DNA from: Promethearchaeota archaeon
GTDB taxonomy: Archaea; Asgardarchaeota; Lokiarchaeia; Sigyniarchaeales; SOKP01
DNA length: 10,264 bases
Assembly (NCBI GenBank): GCA_019058295.1
Contig: JAHPZI010000024.1
Location: 1-10,264 of the forward strand
Reading direction: 5' to 3'
A model generated the notes under the pieces. It was given only the letters and a program-made list of their open reading frames with translations. It did not search any database and had not been told where the DNA came from. Every line of letters begins with the position of its first letter. The first letter of the stretch is position 1. Shown piece after piece: positions 6,916 through 10,264 of this stretch. Both the position numbers and the translations under genes were made by a program.

Positions 6916-8238
6916 TTACTCCCCCTTTTTTTCTTTCACTTTCTCTATAAGTTTTTCTAATATCTCTTTATCAGTTAATATACCTTTTGGAGCGTCCTTA
7001 ACTTTTCTTAATCTAAGAGGAACGCTATCCATACGATAAGCTGTACCTTCACACTCGATTCCAGCATATGCAGGTGGCAAAATAATATCTGCATTTTCGG
7101 AAGTGGGGGTTTGATGAGGTTCTATTACAATTAAAGGATGTTTAAACATATTCTTTACGGAGGCAGCAGGAAAATTACTAGCCGGATCAGAAGAAATCAT
7201 CAAAGATGCATCAATTTGGTCTTTTAAAAGCAATTCAACTGAGGAAAATTCTCCTGGGTTATATCTGGGATATCCTCTTGAAAAATCGATTGAATAAGGA
7301 TAGCCAGTGTTCCATGTAAAAACTTGGTTTGCTCCCGTAACATTATAATGTCCACGCATAGGAGTGATTAAGAATTTAGTATGATCGTTTAATTCCCTTG
7401 TGAGACATATGGCCGCATCTATATTTCGATGGTGAGCTAAAGATTGTGTTAAACCCATCCCAAAGAAAATTACACCAAAATTACAAGATTTTGCTTTATC
7501 TGCCAATTCTTTAATACTTTCCATTGAAACTCCTGATATTTCTTTCTCATCCAATTCTACTCCTCTAAGTATAGCTCTAATTGCATTTAATAACTCATAA
7601 TCCTCGCTTGGATTTACTTGAATGAATAAATCTGCAATTTGAGCAGTATGTGTATTTCGAGGATCTATGACAACAATAAATCTATCGTTTCGTCCATCTT
7701 TTCTAAAATAACCCCTTACAAATTCGCTATATCTACTTAGATGTCTTGGATGAGCGTGAACGGGATTACAACCCCAGAATATTACCAAATCAGCTCTATT
7801 TTTATATTCTCCTAAAGTTGACGTGGGAACTCCTACATCCTGTTCAGCTAATATAGTGGGACCATGGCAAACTGATGCGGTATTATCTAAAATTCCACCA
7901 AGTATTTCAGCTAATTCAACACCTTTACTCTGGGCATCGCATTCTGTACTTGAAAATCCATAAAGTAAAGGTCTTTTTGCCTTAACTAAAATATCTGCAG
8001 CTTTATCGATTGCTTCATCCCAAGAAGCTTCTTTAAAAGAACCCTTCACTTTAATTAAAGGCTTTTCATATCTATGCTCACTTGGATTAGATGCGAAAAA
8101 CTTTTTTGTCCCAATTTGGCACCCATTTCTAACTTCTATAATCTTATTATCAGCCACGTCTACTTCAAGATCATCGCAAAGTGTACCACAAAAAGGACAA
8201 ACAACATCATAAACAGTTTTTATTTTTTTTACTGCCAT
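6916..8238 (-). CDS. fwdB: Formylmethanofuran dehydrogenase subunit B (W/Mo-bisPGD catalytic subunit, Cys-liganded)
   Basis: [4Fe-4S] motif CPFCGTLCDD...NGC, metal ligand NTASVCHGP (Cys codon TGC at 7869-7867), NRADLVIFWGCNPVHAHPRH, PMRGHYNV and EGTAYRMD. SD-like GAGGT upstream. Confidence 0.96.
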   Translation of the reverse strand: MAVKKIKTVYDVVCPFCGTLCDDLEVDVADNKIIEVRNGCQIGTKKFFASNPSEHRYEKPLIKVKGSFKEASWDEAIDKAADILVKAKRPLLYGFSSTECDAQSKGVELAEILGGILDNTASVCHGPTILAEQDVGVPTSTLGEYKNRADLVIFWGCNPVHAHPRHLSRYSEFVRGYFRKDGRNDRFIVVIDPRNTHTAQIADLFIQVNPSEDYELLNAIRAILRGVELDEKEISGVSMESIKELADKAKSCNFGVIFFGMGLTQSLAHHRNIDAAICLTRELNDHTKFLITPMRGHYNVTGANQVFTWNTGYPYSIDFSRGYPRYNPGEFSSVELLLKDQIDASLMISSDPASNFPAASVKNMFKHPLIVIEPHQTPTSENADIILPPAYAGIECEGTAYRMDSVPLRLRKVKDAPKGILTDKEILEKLIEKVKEKKGE

Positions 8239-8241
8239 TTT

Positions 8242-8637
8242 TTATACCTCAATTAACGTTTTAATTAATTCTAATGCGTCTAAAACTTTTCCATCTTTTA
8301 TCACTTGTACTTTTGCTTTCATTCCTTTATAAGTTGGAGTTCCGCAAGATTGAGAATCTGGATTAACAACCTGATTTGCCCAAGGTCCCATAGGTATAAA
8401 AATTATTCCTGGATGAGGGCCTTCCTCGGAGATGGTTGAATATACAATAACCTCGCCAAAATCGGTTGAAACTTTAACTGGTGTGCCAGGAATAATATCT
8501 AATTTCTTAAAATCTTCAGTATCAAATGTACAAATTGCTGCTGCTCGGACATTTTCTTTAGTAGTTTTTCCGCCTTCTAAGGCAACGCCTTGATTAATTG
8601 TCCGGCCTGTTAATAATATCAAATTCTCTAAACTCAT
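8242..8637 (-). CDS. fwdD: Formylmethanofuran dehydrogenase subunit D (molybdopterin dinucleotide-binding)
   Basis: [32 protein letters not shown] and GTPTYKG motifs. The real start is probably ATG 8637 (MSLENL...), which overlaps the fwdF TGA as ATGA, rather than 8655. Confidence 0.93.
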   Translation of the reverse strand: MSLENLILLTGRTINQGVALEGGKTTKENVRAAAICTFDTEDFKKLDIIPGTPVKVSTDFGEVIVYSTISEEGPHPGIIFIPMGPWANQVVNPDSQSCGTPTYKGMKAKVQVIKDGKVLDALELIKTLIEV

Positions 8638-9341
8638 TTCTTCTCTTCGCTCCATTTTAATGTTTTTAATTTTTGTACAAGATTCGGCCAGAATGGTTCT
8701 TTAAATTCTCCGGAATATTTAACATCTGTAATTTCTAATTTTATTGCCCCTGTTGGGCAGGCATTATCGCATGCTCCACAGAAGATACATTTTTCATCAT
8801 CTACAACAACGTTAGGTACTCTTTCCCAACCCTTTTTATCAGATTTGGATGGTACTGTAATTGCTTCTGATGGACAAACTTCTGCGCACGTCTGACAGCC
8901 ACCAGGACACTCTTCATCAACTATACTTATTTTACCATCAGTATATTGCTTTACAACTCTTCCACTATCTAATTTTTTAGCCTCAAAATCAAGTTTAGGA
9001 ACTGCTTTTTCTTTTACTAAGGTTAGATCATCTAAGTTAACTTCTTCTCCATTTATTTTCAAAGTTAATGCACTAAATGGACACATATAAACGCATGTGC
9101 CGCACATTACGCAAGCGGTTGGATCGTAGACTTCTGGAATTATATCTTCCGTAGTTGGAAATCTTTTAGAAGCTCCAACTGGTCCACGTGAAATAGCTTC
9201 TTTAGGACAAACTCTTGCGCAAGTCCCACAGCCAACACATTTTTCTCTATCGAGAATTAATTCTAAACTTTCAGTAAGATATTGCACTTTTACATGTTCT
9301 TCTTTTTCGCTAATTTTTCTTGAAATTTTAGGAAACGACAT
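8634..9341 (-). CDS. fwdF: Polyferredoxin, FwdF-like, with four [4Fe-4S] motifs
   Basis: [37 protein letters not shown] and [13 protein letters not shown]- and C-termini look FwdF-like, it sits in the fwd operon, and GAGGT lies upstream. Confidence 0.85.
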   Translation of the reverse strand: MSFPKISRKISEKEEHVKVQYLTESLELILDREKCVGCGTCARVCPKEAISRGPVGASKRFPTTEDIIPEVYDPTACVMCGTCVYMCPFSALTLKINGEEVNLDDLTLVKEKAVPKLDFEAKKLDSGRVVKQYTDGKISIVDEECPGGCQTCAEVCPSEAITVPSKSDKKGWERVPNVVVDDEKCIFCGACDNACPTGAIKLEITDVKYSGEFKEPFWPNLVQKLKTLKWSEEKK

Positions 9342-9351
9342 TTTTATTACC

Positions 9352-9609
9352 TCACTTCACTTCTAGAACTTCTATTTGAATAGCTGATTGAGGACAGCAC
9401 TCAATACAAACACCACAACCATCGCAATTAGGATTCCTATCTTCTATATAAATAGGAAAAGCAATTCCATTTTTTACTAATATGACTGCATTTTGTTCAT
9501 CTAATCGTCCTATTTCTTTTAATAGATTAAAATTAATTGGACAAGAAACTACACAAACATTACATCCCGTACATAGGTTTTTGTTAATTTTAAGCTTAAA
9601 AATTTGCAT
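9352..9609 (-). CDS. fwdG: 2x[4Fe-4S] ferredoxin, FwdG-like
   Basis: 85 aa with [21 protein letters not shown] and [12 protein letters not shown]. First gene of the fwd operon. Confidence 0.88.
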   Translation of the reverse strand: MQIFKLKINKNLCTGCNVCVVSCPINFNLLKEIGRLDEQNAVILVKNGIAFPIYIEDRNPNCDGCGVCIECCPQSAIQIEVLEVK

Positions 9610-9657
9610 GTTTTTATCCCATTAGGACTTAAACGATTAATTTATGAAAATTAAAAA

Positions 9658-9665
9658 TGTATAAA
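9658..9665 (-). promoter_or_regulatory. Candidate TATA box (TTTATACA) of the fwd operon
   Basis: Minus-strand TTTATACA about 50 nt upstream of the fwdG ATG, leaving room for a short leader with GGGA. No strong BRE is visible and the background is AT-rich. Confidence 0.35.
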
Positions 9666-9735
9666 CTTAAGTCATTAAATAAGAAATGCTATAAAAAATT
9701 TGTTATAGGATTTCTTAAGCTATGACCTAATTATA
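9660..9735. repeat. 76-bp imperfect inverted repeat (palindrome)
   Basis: Nested complementary blocks tataa/ttata, tta/taa, gtcat/atgac, taagaaat/atttctta and ctataa/ttatag around a central aaattt. Confidence 0.8.
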
Positions 9736-9903
9736 ATTCCAACTAATCATAAAAAATATTTATGCAACAGATTAGAAAAAATTATTACTTTTTATTTTAT
9801 GAAAAAATGTTTATTTATATATTTGAAATAGTACCGAAAAAATGCTTGAATTTTTAAATTCAAAATGGAAAAAATTAAAGAGGTGAATCGTAAGTTTAAT
9901 AAT

Positions 9904-10095
9904 TCATCTTCTTTCAGTAATTACATCAATTAAAGAAAGAGGTATATTTATGAGATTATTTTTATTATCCTCTAATACTACAATATCATCTTCAGTGATA
10001 GATTTAAGAACTCCCGCAAATTCTATATTAATTCCTCTTATATATACATAAACTCCATTATTCACTAAATTCTCAATTAAATTTTTTGGAATCAT
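9904..10095 (-). CDS. Small Sm/LSm-like fold protein (divergent)
   Basis: 63 aa: N-terminal helix, then VYVYIRG...FAGVLKSI..DIVVLED...INIPLSLIDVI. This matches Sm1/Sm2 strand spacing but lacks the Sm1 Asn and the Sm2 Arg-Gly. Confidence 0.6.
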   Translation of the reverse strand: MIPKNLIENLVNNGVYVYIRGINIEFAGVLKSITEDDIVVLEDNKNNLINIPLSLIDVITERR

Positions 10096-10213
10096 TTTTA
10101 TTCAAACTTCTAATATTTTATTTTAATAATTATTTATTGTCTTCTTTCTTAAAATTTTTTAAGCTTATAGTTTAATGTTAAATAGTACTTAGTAGATAAA
10201 AAAATTATAAAAT

Positions 10214-10264
10214 TTAAAATTCATTTGGCATTTTCTTAAGCTCTGCGAGAGAGAACACAGGTCC
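10214..10264 (-). CDS. C-terminal fragment of a probable FAD/NAD(P)-binding [2Fe-2S] oxidoreductase subunit (HydG/AsrB/FlxA/PyrK family)
   Basis: The minus strand reads GGA CCT GTG TTC ... = GPVFSLAELKKMPNEF-stop. GPVF followed by a short tail is the signature end (CxDGPVF) of this family. Only 16 codons are visible and it is not in the ORF track. Confidence 0.6.
   Translation of the reverse strand, partial: GPVFSLAELKKMPNEF

Noticed and set aside
7867-7869. Selenocysteine form of FwdB or a SECIS element
   Set aside because: The metal-ligand codon is TGC (Cys). No gene here needs an in-frame TGA, and the 9660-9735 hairpin lacks the AUGA/GA core of a SECIS.
8074-8256. 60-aa plus-strand ORF
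   Set aside because: Antisense to the fwdB/fwdD junction.
8638-8655. Longer FwdD start (MERREE)
   Set aside because: The ATG at 8637 overlaps the fwdF stop (ATGA coupling) and gives a typical FwdD N-terminus.
9865-9933. 22-codon plus-strand ORF containing a GAGGTGA SD-like sequence at 9880-9886
   Set aside because: The SD lies inside the ORF with no start codon at a suitable distance downstream, and the ORF overlaps the Sm-like gene antisense.
10148-10163. Short dyad cttaaaa-tt-ttttaag
   Set aside because: Dominated by homopolymer runs and expected by chance at this base composition.

Overview
AT-rich archaeal DNA, most consistent with an Asgard (Lokiarchaeia-like) chromosome. The lineage is an inference from gene content and style, not proven. 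The right half holds a minus-strand formylmethanofuran dehydrogenase operon, fwdG-fwdF-fwdD-fwdB-fwdC. It has no fwdA, and FwdF is half-length with four [4Fe-4S] motifs. Downstream on the same strand come fdhD, a Gly-rich membrane protein and a stand-alone hdrB. Upstream lie a small divergent Sm-like gene and the last 16 codons of a probable FAD/NAD(P)-binding [2Fe-2S] subunit (HydG/AsrB/FlxA/PyrK type). The left half holds an archaeal MtaB/CDKAL1-type tRNA methylthiotransferase and three uncharacterised membrane-associated proteins: a 5'-truncated Tubby/LURP1/scramblase-like protein, a 4-TM protein with an internal duplication, and a LITAF-like zinc-ribbon protein. The clearest unexplained non-coding signal is a 76-bp imperfect palindrome (9660-9735) just upstream of the fwd operon, overlapping a candidate TATA box. 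I saw no rRNA, tRNA, CRISPR array or transposase.
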